Origin: Antedon mediterranea
Lineage: Eukaryota; Animalia; Echinodermata
Reading direction: 5' to 3'
Assembly: GCF_964355755.1 (NCBI RefSeq)
Contig: NC_092670.1
Span: 5,694,201 to 5,758,200, forward strand
DNA length: 64,000 nt
Of the stretch, positions 40,302 through 51,707 are shown piece after piece. The first letter of the stretch is position 1; each line of letters begins with the position of its first letter. Under the pieces are notes generated by a model. That model did no database searches. It had not been told where the DNA came from and saw only the letters and a list, made by a program, of their open reading frames with translations. Made by a program: the position numbers and the translations under genes.

Positions 40302-43300
40302 TCAAAATGTAATTTTAATGGCCTCATGGTAACTATAATATATTGGAATCACTCCAGCTTGTAATGAGTCTAGACCTTTGCTATAAACATGGTCAATCAA
40401 CGTATTATTTTCAGTAGTAGAACTTGTAACATGTTGTTGATAACCATTCTGTGTCATTATATCATTCACTCTGGAAGGTTGTTTGAAAAGATTTTCATTA
40501 AAGTCACCCATTATGATACATTTTGTACTTACTTTATTTAACTGTTCTACTAATTTCGTCAAATTGTAACAAAATTGATTGATATCATAGCTCGGAGGTC
40601 TATATATAACTGACACAGCAACTGAAATTGGACATGTTATTAAAAATGAAATTAACTCTATATTGTTAATACCAATGTCTAACCTGCTTGAAAATTTGTT
40701 CTTGGTATAGACGGCAACGCCACCATGAGACATATTTTTTAGTTTCAATGTCAGATCATTTCTATTAGAGTATGAGTCATACCTTGCTTGGTGATACAAT
40801 TTATACGGCTCTATATTTAAGTCAAAAAAATCATCATCCTTATTCAGCCATGTTTCAGTTAGACATATGATACTAGAATTCATAAACAAATCATTACATT
40901 GAAGATCAGCAAAATGATGTTTAAGTCCTTGAATGTTATGTAACATTATAGAAAATTTAGCTCCCGACTCATTAAGTGCTCTTTCACATTGTATGTATGA
41001 ATTCATCTTGTTTAAATATTCCTTTATATTTGGATCACAATAAATCAACTTAGGATTAACATGTTCAATGGTAAGTCCAGATATTGAAGTAACACGACTG
41101 AGACCTACATATGCTTGTCCAGGCGCAAACGTTTTTTTAAGACAAACCAGAGCTTTATTCATTGTCATCCCTTGCACTTTATGAACTGTGCATGCATATG
41201 CTAATTTGAGTGGAAATTGCTTTCGACTGTATTTTTGTCCAATAGATTCTTGAAACATTTCAATTGCCTGAATGCCAATGTCATTGTTATCAAATTTCAC
41301 TTTAATTGATATTGGTTTAGCGTTTCGACTAGGCTTAATTATTTCTTCAACATGCCCCATACATCCATTTGTCAAACCTTTCTTAACATCTACATTTTTA
41401 ATCAACATCACTCTGGCATTATGTGCAATCCACAAATAATTTAGTAAATTAGTTCGACATGATTTCCGAGGTTTATTACAATGCTTGTCTTGTTTCTTGC
41501 TGTTGACAACAATGTCTTCTGCTTCAATGCATATAATATCTGTACAGGTTTTATGCAACATTTTCTCATTCCATTCATTAACCTGCTTATTACATGGGTA
41601 TATATGAACAGCATCTTCACATTGTTCGCCTGTTTCACGTGATTTCAAAACAGATAAATCGTTATCAGACAAACAATCATTTCTTTCTTTTGTTCGTAAT
41701 TTATTTAACAATACGGCAAATTCTTTATCTTCCTTCTGCCTCATGATTTCATCTAACTGTACTTTTGTAAAGTTATTTTTCCACAATGAGCTTTCTAAAT
41801 TGTCTTTATATAAAGAAGTACCTTTAACAGGCGGTAACTGATAAAAATCACCAACTGCAATTATTGAAATTTTACCAAATGGACTATCATTACGTACTTG
41901 TTTTATTTGGCGTAGTCGTCCGTGAATATACCAAAGTAACTTTTGATTTACCATTGATATTTCATCTATAATTACAATCTGCAACTGACTCAACTGATTA
42001 CGAAGTGCACTTATTTTTTCTTCTCCAAGTGGTTGATATGGAAGTGAAATATGAATGGGAATAGACAAAGCACTATGAATTGTATGACCTTTAATATTAT
42101 ATGCTGCAATTCCTGTAGGAGCTAGTTTCAATATTGACAAATCGTCCGGATTTTCCATAATTTTTCCAAGAATACGTGTTGCTTCGTTATAAATACAATT
42201 TACCAAATGACTTTTTCCCGTGCCAGCACCGCCAGTTATAAAAGTGTAAAATGATTCAGGTTGTTTGCCATTAACTTTATCTAAGCACCACTGCCTTGTC
42301 TTATAAAATATTTGTTTTTGTTGTTCATTTAAAGATCGAATCATTTTGTTTAGTTCTGGTCTTGAAATATTAGATGAATTACACTCTACTGTAGATGTTT
42401 CATTTTTTTTAAGGCCAAAATCTGGAACAAAAAATTCATTTTCTTCGTCGTCAACGTCTACATTTGGCTTTGGATTTTCTAACCTTTCTTTTTCACTTTC
42501 CGGACATAATAGGCCCCATGCATCTTCTTGTGGTCCAAATTTAGCTAAAGCCCCTTCTGCATGTTCAATATCATCAGCGCTTTTGTCAAACTTTTCCATA
42601 TTTTTATTAACTATAACATTTACTTTTTGTAATTTACGTCCATACAATTTAACTGATCCTAGCTCATAAAATTCTTGATATGTTTGAAATTTCGGTGGTT
42701 TTAATTGTTCATCTTTTCGAAATGGCAGAAATAACTGCAACATACTCATAAAATACTTTTCAGATGCTGTATTCATTGGAAACCGAGGGTACCTTACAAT
42801 AGCATTATCAGACCTTGTTCTTTTTTGGATGAATCCTAATTGTTTTTGTAATCGAAATACGTTCTTTCTTTGCGCTTTTCCTTTCATTTCTGATGTACTT
42901 AATATTCTATAATAAGAACAAAATGTTGCAAGGCACATTGTTTTAAATTCTAAATTATTTGGTCGAGCTTTATATTTGTCTAATTTATTTGGCAACCATG
43001 CACTTTGATGATCATCCATTTTGTTTTTAATTACACTTAGTGGTAAACTCATTCTAACAGGATTAGGTCCTACTGGGATAAATTCAACTTTTCTTGAACA
43101 TTGTTTCAATCTCAATCCGCATACACGATAAACACTTTCTTGCGCAGACACTTCTCGGTTGTTCATGTACACATGACCAAGTTTGCTTAAGCTTTGTCTG
43201 GCATTTTCATTTCCTTCTTTTACTTCTGATGCTGCATGAGATAAAAGTAAGCTCATTTCACGTTCAGATTTTGACATATATCCTATAACATACGTAACAC

Positions 43301-46300
43301 ATGCATATACACTGGTAATATACTGAATATCCATATTAGCATTCCATGCTCTAAGTAAGGAAGGATTGTATTGATTTACCCACACATCTTGAGGGTTTCT
43401 CTTTAAAACAATTTGTTCTTTAGTAGTTATACAATTGTTTGCATCTTCATATGCACTCTGAGTAATATTTAAACTTTTAAAAAGTTCTTTCGTAGTTTGA
43501 TACGTTTCTTCATTAATTAGAGCATCTTTTACTGAGGTTAATAATTCTTGCGCTTGTTTATTGGCATCACCATCATCATTATCATCACTGTTTTTATCCA
43601 CAATTGTAGGTCTCATAACAAATGTTTTTTCAGAAGGCTGTCTAGGGAAATTAAATCTGCAATTTGTTCCCTTCTTCTTACACGATTTCGAATGTCTTTT
43701 ACTGTGAATTTGCACACTGGTGACAATTTCATTAATTTCAGGATCTACAATTTGACATGGCACAGCACAAGAAATATACTTATCAATAAATTCAATAACT
43801 TTTTTATCTTCATCTTCATCAAAAACAGGAGCATTTTCAACCCATGCTAACATATGAACATGTGGACTTCCTCTCATTTGAAATTCTATTCTGTAAAAAT
43901 AATCTGTAACTTTACCAATGGGTTGTGATTCAGACAAAATAACATTTTGTAAAAAAGTATGAAAACGGTTGTCGAACATTCTGGCAACAGTCACTGGATT
44001 TGATTTTAGCAAATTACATTTGTCTGCCCATTCCAAATCATCAATGTTTCTTTGGTCTCCTGTTTGACTTAACAATGTAGTCATTATTTCTTTCCAACGA
44101 AAATCAGCACTTGAGAATGAAAGAAAAAATGTTGGCTTTCCAATCTGTCTAACCATTGCTAATACATCTTTTTGTGTTGCTTGCCAATAAGGTGGAGTTC
44201 CACGTATTTGTTTTAAAAATTTATAACCTTTATCAGATTTCAATATCTCCTCAATTTTGTTTATATTTTTTAAATCAGATACAGTTACTTTACTAAAATC
44301 ATCCTTTTTACTTGACCCTTTTCGCAACGCTATGGAAATACTCGATAAAATTTGTTGAAGTTCATATATAGATTGGGCATAAAATATGAATTCTGTATTT
44401 TGTGCAAACCTGTTATCTACATGCAATAATCTGTTGTGTAAATATCGTCCAAGTGTTATTTTAACATCTCTGGTGTCATGGAATGTTGGTTGACCTGTTG
44501 GAAATAGCACTGGAAATGACTTTGCTTCGTTGTTTTCATTACTTAATAATGCAATAGGGCTATTATTTTCACATGGTGCACAACAAATAATATCACGAAA
44601 ATATTCATCAACCAAATTTTGTCGCCTGTCAACAGGTTGTAAACTTGTGTCAAACGCAACGCCACACAATCTATCTTCCGCTTCTTCTTCTTCTTCTTGT
44701 TCTTCTCTGTTATTTTCTATACATGTTTGTTGATTATCTACATTAGCTTTTGCAATTTGAATGTTTTCTTTAGATAAATAATTGTGCCATTTTTGATCAA
44801 TAGCTACATCAAAATACCATTTGTTATGATCTTGTAAATATTCAAGAGCTTGAAAAACATTGGCTGTATTAACAAATTTGTATTTATAATAACCTTTGTA
44901 AGACAACTTTCGTTTCAATTTTACGGATATTAACTGATCATCAGCCTCTGGTCTAGGCAATATTTTTACAGTTTCAATAGTATTTGATGGTACACATACA
45001 ACGGGTCCATGTATTCCATGTTGGCCACCTTTGGGTAAATTCATTAACTTCATAAATGGAATATTTAATCCAATCAAATGCTGCTCTAAATTATTTAAAC
45101 TCTTTAACTCATGAGGAATTTCATGTAGTTCTAAATTATTTGAATTGGCTTCTGAAGGAACTTTTCCATTTAGCAATTTCTTGTGGCATGTGAAACAGAT
45201 CCATAAATGGCCTCTTGGTGACTTGTTTAATTGACATGGTTTAATACATTTACTGTTGCAACTATGTACATATTTTTCATCTATACATGTTTTATTTTTG
45301 TACTTTGCTTTGGTGCATTTCATAACTTGTCTTTGAAATAACATTTTAAAGCATACACAACAAACATATTCAGGACCACGAGAAATTAATTCTCTGAAGT
45401 TTTCCAAAACAAACTCAAAATTACATTTATTGGCTTTCCTTATTTTACGATTTGTCATGTTTTTCTTCACAACATTTTTTCGGAACACTGATTCACTATG
45501 ATATTTCTTTGTAAATCTTTGCTTACAACTTTGATGGAATTTTGAATTACTCCAATACTTTGCTTTCAATTTCTGTTTCAAGTTTTGTCTGAATGTTGTA
45601 TTATTACGATACTTTGTTGCTAGTTTTTTACTGAGGTTTTGTCTGAATGTTAAATTATTACGATACTTTGTTGCTAGTTTTTTAATGAGGTTTTGTCTGA
45701 ATGTTGAATTATTGCGATACTTTTCTGCTAGTTTTTGACTCAGGTTTTGCCTGAATTGTAAATTAGTCCAATACTTTTGTGCCATGTTTAGTTTATTCTT
45801 TTGTTTCAAGTTTTCTCTAAATATTAAATCATTGTGATATTTGTTTTTCCTTTTTTCTCTTAATTTTTGGCTAAATTTTTCATTTTTTTTATACTTTTCT
45901 ACACTTTTGGCTTTTTTGGTTGTTTGGTAATTCAAATTCATTTTGTAATTTTGTCTCGCGTTACTTCGTATTTTCAAATTATAATTCGGTTTACATCTGT
46001 ACGCTTTATCTTCTCTTTCTCGGTTTTTTTCTCTTTTATAACATTTATAATCGTCATTAACATATCTTATTCTGTGTGCCTCTTTACTTTTACGTTTCTT
46101 ATCCTCTCTATATACAGAATCATTTTGATATTTATTTCGTTGTGCGTCCACTTTATTGAGTTTCTTTACTTTCTGTTGTTTCATTTCTACATTCTCTGTA
46201 GCTTCAATTAAACGTTTCATCCTCATTCGAATTTTGTGATTTTGTCTTTTATTTCTTTCAGATCTTGTTTTATTGTTTCTTAAAACCTTTACTTTCTCAT

Positions 46301-49300
46301 CGGAACAAATTCGTCCAATGTGTTTACTTCGTTTTTGTTTGGGTCCTATAGCATCTCCAAGTACATCAAGTTCTTTTCGCTTTCGTGTATTTTCATTTAT
46401 TGAAATACTAGTTTTGATAACATTGGGGTCTACATTTATTTCTGATGACATGTCCGCATCATCACTATCCTCAACTCTTATTGTTTCCTGAACATCATTT
46501 AAATCGACAGATTCCACCACATTGAAATGTACATTTCTGGTATACAATATATACATACCGTTGTCAGTTGTAACATAATTTATTCTTCCTGGTTTTTTTG
46601 CAGAAAACATTTGCCAAGTCAAAAGTTCATCATTGAACGAATAAATATCTGTGTTAAGCAAGTTTGCCATTGCACTTATTTCAGTATTAGAAGCCCATGT
46701 TCCATTAACCATTACTCTCTTTTTAATCACATATTCCTTAACTGTTCTATATTCATCACTTAATGTATTACTAAACAAGTCATTTGTTTCCAATAAATGA
46801 TTACCAATTGCTTTTCTTAAAATTAAATGATTATCTTCAGTTCCAGAAATAATGTATGAAATTGCACGATAAAAACAATTACCATCACCTGTAATATTCT
46901 TAATTTGACAAGGGTGTCCAATATGTCTTGCTCGATTAATACCACAATTTATACTGGTATGTTCACAATTAATGCCAACTTTATGACACATGCTTTTTCT
47001 TTGTGCTTTTAAAAGTGGAAAAAATTTAAAATTTTTGTCAGGTCTTTCTCTATACTGAACATTAACAATTTCAATTTCGTCATCACTTTGACATTCATTA
47101 CTTGTTAAAACATCCTCTTTTTCATTACTATACTTGTGGTCTTTCATTGTAGAATCAAAATTGTTGACAAATACTGTTTTGCTGCATTTAAACTGGGAAG
47201 ATGTACCTGGTGCATCAACATCGTAATTTTCAGAGTTGTTTTGTTCACAATTATCATCTAACGTAACCGAAGACGAACATAAAACCATAGACTTGTTTTG
47301 CACATTTACACCAGTCAATTCAAACTCTGTTACATGTAAATTGCAATTCATTGATCTTGCTAGTCTTAAACAATGACTGTATACACCTTGCCAAGATGTA
47401 CTGAAAATTAGAATGCTCTTTCCATGTTCACTAACACAACCTACACGATCTCTTGCATGTGGATCAAATATAAGAAAACCATTTACACGTTTAATAACAG
47501 CAAATGTACTTCTGTTAAAATTCATGAAACACGCATCATGCTGGTGTAATTCTTGTTCAACAGCTTGTTTTAATGACAGCCCTCCATATTCAGCCATAAA
47601 TTCAACATTGCCATCTATTATGCCAAACACTGATTCTTCGGGAGATATTACAAATATGCTATCCAAAATATCCAACTCTTTCGGCAATTCAGATATCATC
47701 AAAAGATCCTCATCCATAGTGGAATCCTTTTGAATATAGTAGTACAACTCATTCCCAAGTGTCAATATTGTGTCAAGATCCTTTCTGTTAAATTTATTTC
47801 CATTTCCCTTTGTTGTATAAAGAATAGCTACAAGACTATTAGCAACACATTGTTTACCACGTGCATAGCCAAATCTAAAATCTCCTTGATTAAAACTACC
47901 CTGTGCTATAGTTACGTTGTTATCACTACTATTATACCTTATAAGTACATTTCTCGGTTGAATTTTCTTTCTTGTACTGGATGATCCCTCATCGATTATC
48001 AATACCTCTGAAAATGTATCATTTTGTGTTGAAATATCCACATCAATATTATATTGGTCAAATTTAGTTTCAGTTATAGTGTTGGACCTCATTTTCCCAG
48101 TGGATGCTTGTTTTGGTTCGTCATCAATTAACATTACTTCTTCAAATACTTCATTTTCCTTACAATCACAACCTGCTGCACATTCTTCATTTTTATGATC
48201 TGTAACATTACATCGAGTATCAAGTATACTACTAGTGTCATTCATTTTGGTAGTATTTGGTATTTTACTCACATCGTCAGCTGTTGTGTTACCGTTGTCT
48301 TTACATGTCATTATAAAATTATCATTTATTGTCATTTCGGAATTTTCAAAAACACCCATGTCCTTTGAAATAATATTTTCACCAATTCTCTCTGTTTTAT
48401 GGTATTCATTCTTATGACGTTTCAAATTCAAATCCGCATTATCTTGTGATTTTTGGATATCTGGCTTCTTACCTTTAACAAAACGACCCTTACTGTTTCG
48501 TGACTGTTTCGAATTAGAACCACCGCCTGAAAGTTGTTGTATTTTCACTTCTTTATTTTTCAAAATATCACATTTCATACATACATTTGCACTTCCGTCG
48601 AAAATTGTTTGTGAACTGCGCACTACATTCGTTTCAACACGTTCATTGTATTCTCTGTAACCATTTGCATTTGATTTATTATTTCGTCTTTCATAGAAAT
48701 CCTTTACACCTTTACCAATATATGTTACACCTGTTTCTATAAATATACCATTTATAACTCGGTTCCTCCTTTTCTTATTTCCTCTAATTCCCTTTGTTCT
48801 CTTTCTCCGATTAACAGTCTTTTTCCTTGATTTTACTCTTACCCATTCATTATCGAGCAAATCTACATTTTCTGTTTGTTGACATTTTATTTTGACATTA
48901 TTCTTTGGCTCAAATAGATTTTCATTTTTCGATAATTCTTGGAAATTAGTGAAACACTCATCATGTTCTAAAATCATATACCTGTTAGAATGACAACGAA
49001 TACCTATCTCACCCAACATATTATCAGCATAATTACTTTTTCCACACATTGAACAAATCCAAATGAATCTAGAATTACATTTGTTTTCAAAAATATCTCT
49101 TAAACATGTCGCATGAAAATGTTTACTGCAACAGTCACATATTACGTAATTGTCATCTCTTTTCACTTTAATACTACATACATCACATTTATCAAACTCT
49201 GAAACGAACGCTGTGTCATCAGATATTTTCAGATTATCATTAACTATTGCCTTAAATTCAGTTGTATCACAATCATCTGCATCACTTCCACCTTCATTTG

Positions 49301-49559
49301 TTTTAGTGCTTGTATTGTTGGCATTGGAACAACATTGATCAAGTAGTTCTAAAATATCGTCAATTACAGCTTTAAATTCACTTGTATCTATAATTTCACA
49401 ATCAACATTATCAGTTGCGTCAACAAAATTGCACTCTATACTTATAATTTCTCTATTCACATCTTGACATAAATAACCTATCATTAAAATTAATAAAAAC
49501 AAGATACCATTAACGATTGCTACTAATTGGGCATCCATTATACAAAATGTGTATAACAT
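40302..49559 (-). CDS. Helentron RepHel polyprotein (3085 aa): PHD, herpesvirus-tegument-USP-like cysteine protease, OTU, HUH Rep, PIF1-family helicase, AP endonuclease
   Basis: PHD ~49044-49187. QGSFNQGD..GKQCVAN..FDPH ~47305-47910. GDGNCFYRAIS..HF ~46510-46900. Rep EFQMRGSPHVH and YVIGYMSK. Helicase GGAGTGKS, IIDEISMV, GDFYQLPPV, QFPLKLAYACTVHKVQG, GQAYVGLSR. APE HNIQGL, LTETW, YRPP, GDFN, LIDH, SYH. Uninterrupted frame. Confidence 0.95.
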   Translation of the reverse strand: MLYTFCIMDAQLVAIVNGILFLLILMIGYLCQDVNREIISIECNFVDATDNVDCEIIDTSEFKAVIDDILELLDQCCSNANNTSTKTNEGGSDADDCDTTEFKAIVNDNLKISDDTAFVSEFDKCDVCSIKVKRDDNYVICDCCSKHFHATCLRDIFENKCNSRFIWICSMCGKSNYADNMLGEIGIRCHSNRYMILEHDECFTNFQELSKNENLFEPKNNVKIKCQQTENVDLLDNEWVRVKSRKKTVNRRKRTKGIRGNKKRRNRVINGIFIETGVTYIGKGVKDFYERRNNKSNANGYREYNERVETNVVRSSQTIFDGSANVCMKCDILKNKEVKIQQLSGGGSNSKQSRNSKGRFVKGKKPDIQKSQDNADLNLKRHKNEYHKTERIGENIISKDMGVFENSEMTINDNFIMTCKDNGNTTADDVSKIPNTTKMNDTSSILDTRCNVTDHKNEECAAGCDCKENEVFEEVMLIDDEPKQASTGKMRSNTITETKFDQYNIDVDISTQNDTFSEVLIIDEGSSSTRKKIQPRNVLIRYNSSDNNVTIAQGSFNQGDFRFGYARGKQCVANSLVAILYTTKGNGNKFNRKDLDTILTLGNELYYYIQKDSTMDEDLLMISELPKELDILDSIFVISPEESVFGIIDGNVEFMAEYGGLSLKQAVEQELHQHDACFMNFNRSTFAVIKRVNGFLIFDPHARDRVGCVSEHGKSILIFSTSWQGVYSHCLRLARSMNCNLHVTEFELTGVNVQNKSMVLCSSSVTLDDNCEQNNSENYDVDAPGTSSQFKCSKTVFVNNFDSTMKDHKYSNEKEDVLTSNECQSDDEIEIVNVQYRERPDKNFKFFPLLKAQRKSMCHKVGINCEHTSINCGINRARHIGHPCQIKNITGDGNCFYRAISYIISGTEDNHLILRKAIGNHLLETNDLFSNTLSDEYRTVKEYVIKKRVMVNGTWASNTEISAMANLLNTDIYSFNDELLTWQMFSAKKPGRINYVTTDNGMYILYTRNVHFNVVESVDLNDVQETIRVEDSDDADMSSEINVDPNVIKTSISINENTRKRKELDVLGDAIGPKQKRSKHIGRICSDEKVKVLRNNKTRSERNKRQNHKIRMRMKRLIEATENVEMKQQKVKKLNKVDAQRNKYQNDSVYREDKKRKSKEAHRIRYVNDDYKCYKREKNREREDKAYRCKPNYNLKIRSNARQNYKMNLNYQTTKKAKSVEKYKKNEKFSQKLREKRKNKYHNDLIFRENLKQKNKLNMAQKYWTNLQFRQNLSQKLAEKYRNNSTFRQNLIKKLATKYRNNLTFRQNLSKKLATKYRNNTTFRQNLKQKLKAKYWSNSKFHQSCKQRFTKKYHSESVFRKNVVKKNMTNRKIRKANKCNFEFVLENFRELISRGPEYVCCVCFKMLFQRQVMKCTKAKYKNKTCIDEKYVHSCNSKCIKPCQLNKSPRGHLWICFTCHKKLLNGKVPSEANSNNLELHEIPHELKSLNNLEQHLIGLNIPFMKLMNLPKGGQHGIHGPVVCVPSNTIETVKILPRPEADDQLISVKLKRKLSYKGYYKYKFVNTANVFQALEYLQDHNKWYFDVAIDQKWHNYLSKENIQIAKANVDNQQTCIENNREEQEEEEEAEDRLCGVAFDTSLQPVDRRQNLVDEYFRDIICCAPCENNSPIALLSNENNEAKSFPVLFPTGQPTFHDTRDVKITLGRYLHNRLLHVDNRFAQNTEFIFYAQSIYELQQILSSISIALRKGSSKKDDFSKVTVSDLKNINKIEEILKSDKGYKFLKQIRGTPPYWQATQKDVLAMVRQIGKPTFFLSFSSADFRWKEIMTTLLSQTGDQRNIDDLEWADKCNLLKSNPVTVARMFDNRFHTFLQNVILSESQPIGKVTDYFYRIEFQMRGSPHVHMLAWVENAPVFDEDEDKKVIEFIDKYISCAVPCQIVDPEINEIVTSVQIHSKRHSKSCKKKGTNCRFNFPRQPSEKTFVMRPTIVDKNSDDNDDGDANKQAQELLTSVKDALINEETYQTTKELFKSLNITQSAYEDANNCITTKEQIVLKRNPQDVWVNQYNPSLLRAWNANMDIQYITSVYACVTYVIGYMSKSEREMSLLLSHAASEVKEGNENARQSLSKLGHVYMNNREVSAQESVYRVCGLRLKQCSRKVEFIPVGPNPVRMSLPLSVIKNKMDDHQSAWLPNKLDKYKARPNNLEFKTMCLATFCSYYRILSTSEMKGKAQRKNVFRLQKQLGFIQKRTRSDNAIVRYPRFPMNTASEKYFMSMLQLFLPFRKDEQLKPPKFQTYQEFYELGSVKLYGRKLQKVNVIVNKNMEKFDKSADDIEHAEGALAKFGPQEDAWGLLCPESEKERLENPKPNVDVDDEENEFFVPDFGLKKNETSTVECNSSNISRPELNKMIRSLNEQQKQIFYKTRQWCLDKVNGKQPESFYTFITGGAGTGKSHLVNCIYNEATRILGKIMENPDDLSILKLAPTGIAAYNIKGHTIHSALSIPIHISLPYQPLGEEKISALRNQLSQLQIVIIDEISMVNQKLLWYIHGRLRQIKQVRNDSPFGKISIIAVGDFYQLPPVKGTSLYKDNLESSLWKNNFTKVQLDEIMRQKEDKEFAVLLNKLRTKERNDCLSDNDLSVLKSRETGEQCEDAVHIYPCNKQVNEWNEKMLHKTCTDIICIEAEDIVVNSKKQDKHCNKPRKSCRTNLLNYLWIAHNARVMLIKNVDVKKGLTNGCMGHVEEIIKPSRNAKPISIKVKFDNNDIGIQAIEMFQESIGQKYSRKQFPLKLAYACTVHKVQGMTMNKALVCLKKTFAPGQAYVGLSRVTSISGLTIEHVNPKLIYCDPNIKEYLNKMNSYIQCERALNESGAKFSIMLHNIQGLKHHFADLQCNDLFMNSSIICLTETWLNKDDDFFDLNIEPYKLYHQARYDSYSNRNDLTLKLKNMSHGGVAVYTKNKFSSRLDIGINNIELISFLITCPISVAVSVIYRPPSYDINQFCYNLTKLVEQLNKVSTKCIIMGDFNENLFKQPSRVNDIMTQNGYQQHVTSSTTENNTLIDHVYSKGLDSLQAGVIPIYYSYHEAIKITF

Positions 49560-49997
49560 ATTCTACAATTGAATTCTCTTCTGCAATTTTAATAAATGGA
49601 ATAGTTATGTTCTACTTGATATTTGATTTGTCAAGTTGTTTTAATCGATTCAAAATTTTTAAAAATTTAATCAATATTACAATTAAGTTCTATTTGATAT
49701 TGCAAATTATCAATCAAAACAAAATTTTAAGTAAAAATTTTTTCCTGATTTTACAAATTTCACCTTAATTTGTATATTAAGATATCTATATACAATTTTT
49801 ATTTCTTCATTAAATTATTCTCTTTGGTTTACACTTCTATTTGCTTCTTAACAACACTATTGCTTTATTTGTTATGCCTATTGGATTTGAAAAAATATTT
49901 GACTGTTTCTACAAAATATTAGATTTCTTAGAAACTTAATCTTTTACAATATCTTTCAAAACACCTAAATAAAAATATCTGTCAATTATATTTTGTA

Positions 49998-50232
49998 TTT
50001 GATGTTACAAATCGTTTGTTATTTTCAGCTTCTGTTGATATTTGTTGATACAAATCGTTTCTGTTGTTTTCAGCTTCTGTTGATATTTGATGTTACAAAT
50101 CGTTTGTTATTTTCAGCTTCTGTTGATATTTGTTGATACAAATCGTTTCTGTTATTTTCAGCTTCTGCTGATATTTGTTTATACAAATCGTTTCTGTTGT
50201 TTTCAGCTTCTACTGATATTTGTTTGTACAAA
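49998..50232. repeat. Minisatellite (~39-bp units)
   Basis: TACAAATCGTTT(CT)GTT(A/G)TTTTCAGCTTCTGTTGATATTTG repeated about five times. Confidence 0.9.
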
Positions 50233-51707
50233 TAATAAATTTTATTTTAAACTTCTGTTTAAAATATTGCTTATGCAAAGTTTTCTATAAAACACCTAAG
50301 AAAAATTTTCGTATACACTTATATGATTATTACTTTACGGCTAACCCTCGTTGGCACTCTCTTATGAGAGCAGGACCTCTTATGAGGATCCAGATCTTTC
50401 TAAGACCTAGCGAGTTAAATAATACAATACAGTCAGATATCTGCAACGAAAGAAAAAGAAAAGTTACTCAAACTGAAGACATAGATATACTGAAAAATTG
50501 TATTTGACAAAACTAATGCATTTACAAGTATTAAAATGTACTTCAAACACATAATTTTCTTGTGGAACTGGTCTAGCAACCTAATTAAAACCACCACCAA
50601 ATTCAGAATGATAGGACCATACATCTGACAAACATCATGCAAAAGTTAGTGGTTTAAGGTTCAGAGACCTACAGTATTTTAGACTGAGCTAACTAAAAAT
50701 TTCAGGAAGCTAGACAGATAAATCGCACCTATTTGTATGTAACAAAATATAATATATCAAAGAAATATTTGTTTAACAAAATTGCTTTATTTCATATTCC
50801 ATGTATTACGGTTAATCTTAATGTGTAAACTGTATAATTTAGAAAACATAACAGTTTCTTTCAATATTAATTAATGTTTTTCAACATACATGTTTTTTAC
50901 AATATACAAATTTATCTCACAGAAATATATAATTACAACTTCTTCCAACCCTAATCATATACAGTCAAACTAAACAAAATTATAAAGCAAAATTATTTTC
51001 CTACAATAATATATACAATACTAACACTTACATAATTAATTTTGCTGACAAGTTAGGGGATTACTTTCGTTCCACAATTCTTCAATAACAAAACAACAAT
51101 CTATAAAATACAAACATACACAAACTTTAAATCAATGATACACAAACTTTAAATCAATACAAATCCTGCACAACCTAACAACACATTAATTGGAATAACA
51201 AAACAATTAAAAAATGTTTATTTTTCAACGAAAATGACAACTGTACTAGATAATCCTCCAATAATATCTAAAGAATTAATGAATTTCCTAAAAATGAGAG
51301 ACAAAATTGTGACTAAAACTATCACCTGATTAGGGCCTACATTTTCCCTATGTTTTAATTATGTCTAAACAAAACAATATTACAATCTCTTTTTCAAGTG
51401 AATGTCAATTTTCTGTAACAGAAGTGATTAATGAATTTGTAAATTGTATGACCCAAGGACAGGTGCGTCATTTGACTGATGTGCATTATACCTTTTGAAT
51501 ACCATAACCCACTTGTGCATAAAAAATATGACTTACCATTAATTAACCATGATACACCTATTTTGAAGCACTAAAATCATCTTGTTTATAATATAATGGG
51601 TGGTAAAATTACGGAAATTTACACACATTATTCATTTGATCTAGGTTTTTTGAAACACCACTGCTTCAAAAATTATTTGTACATGATACACACATAATGC
51701 ACCTCTC

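Noticed and set aside
41441-49338. Short ORFs overlapping RepHel on either strand
   Set aside because: Shadow frames of the long ORF, with no independent coding signal.
40302-49559. Endogenous virus (herpes-like protease and OTU domains)
   Set aside because: No capsid, polymerase or packaging genes; the HUH-PIF1-APE order is diagnostic of a Helentron.
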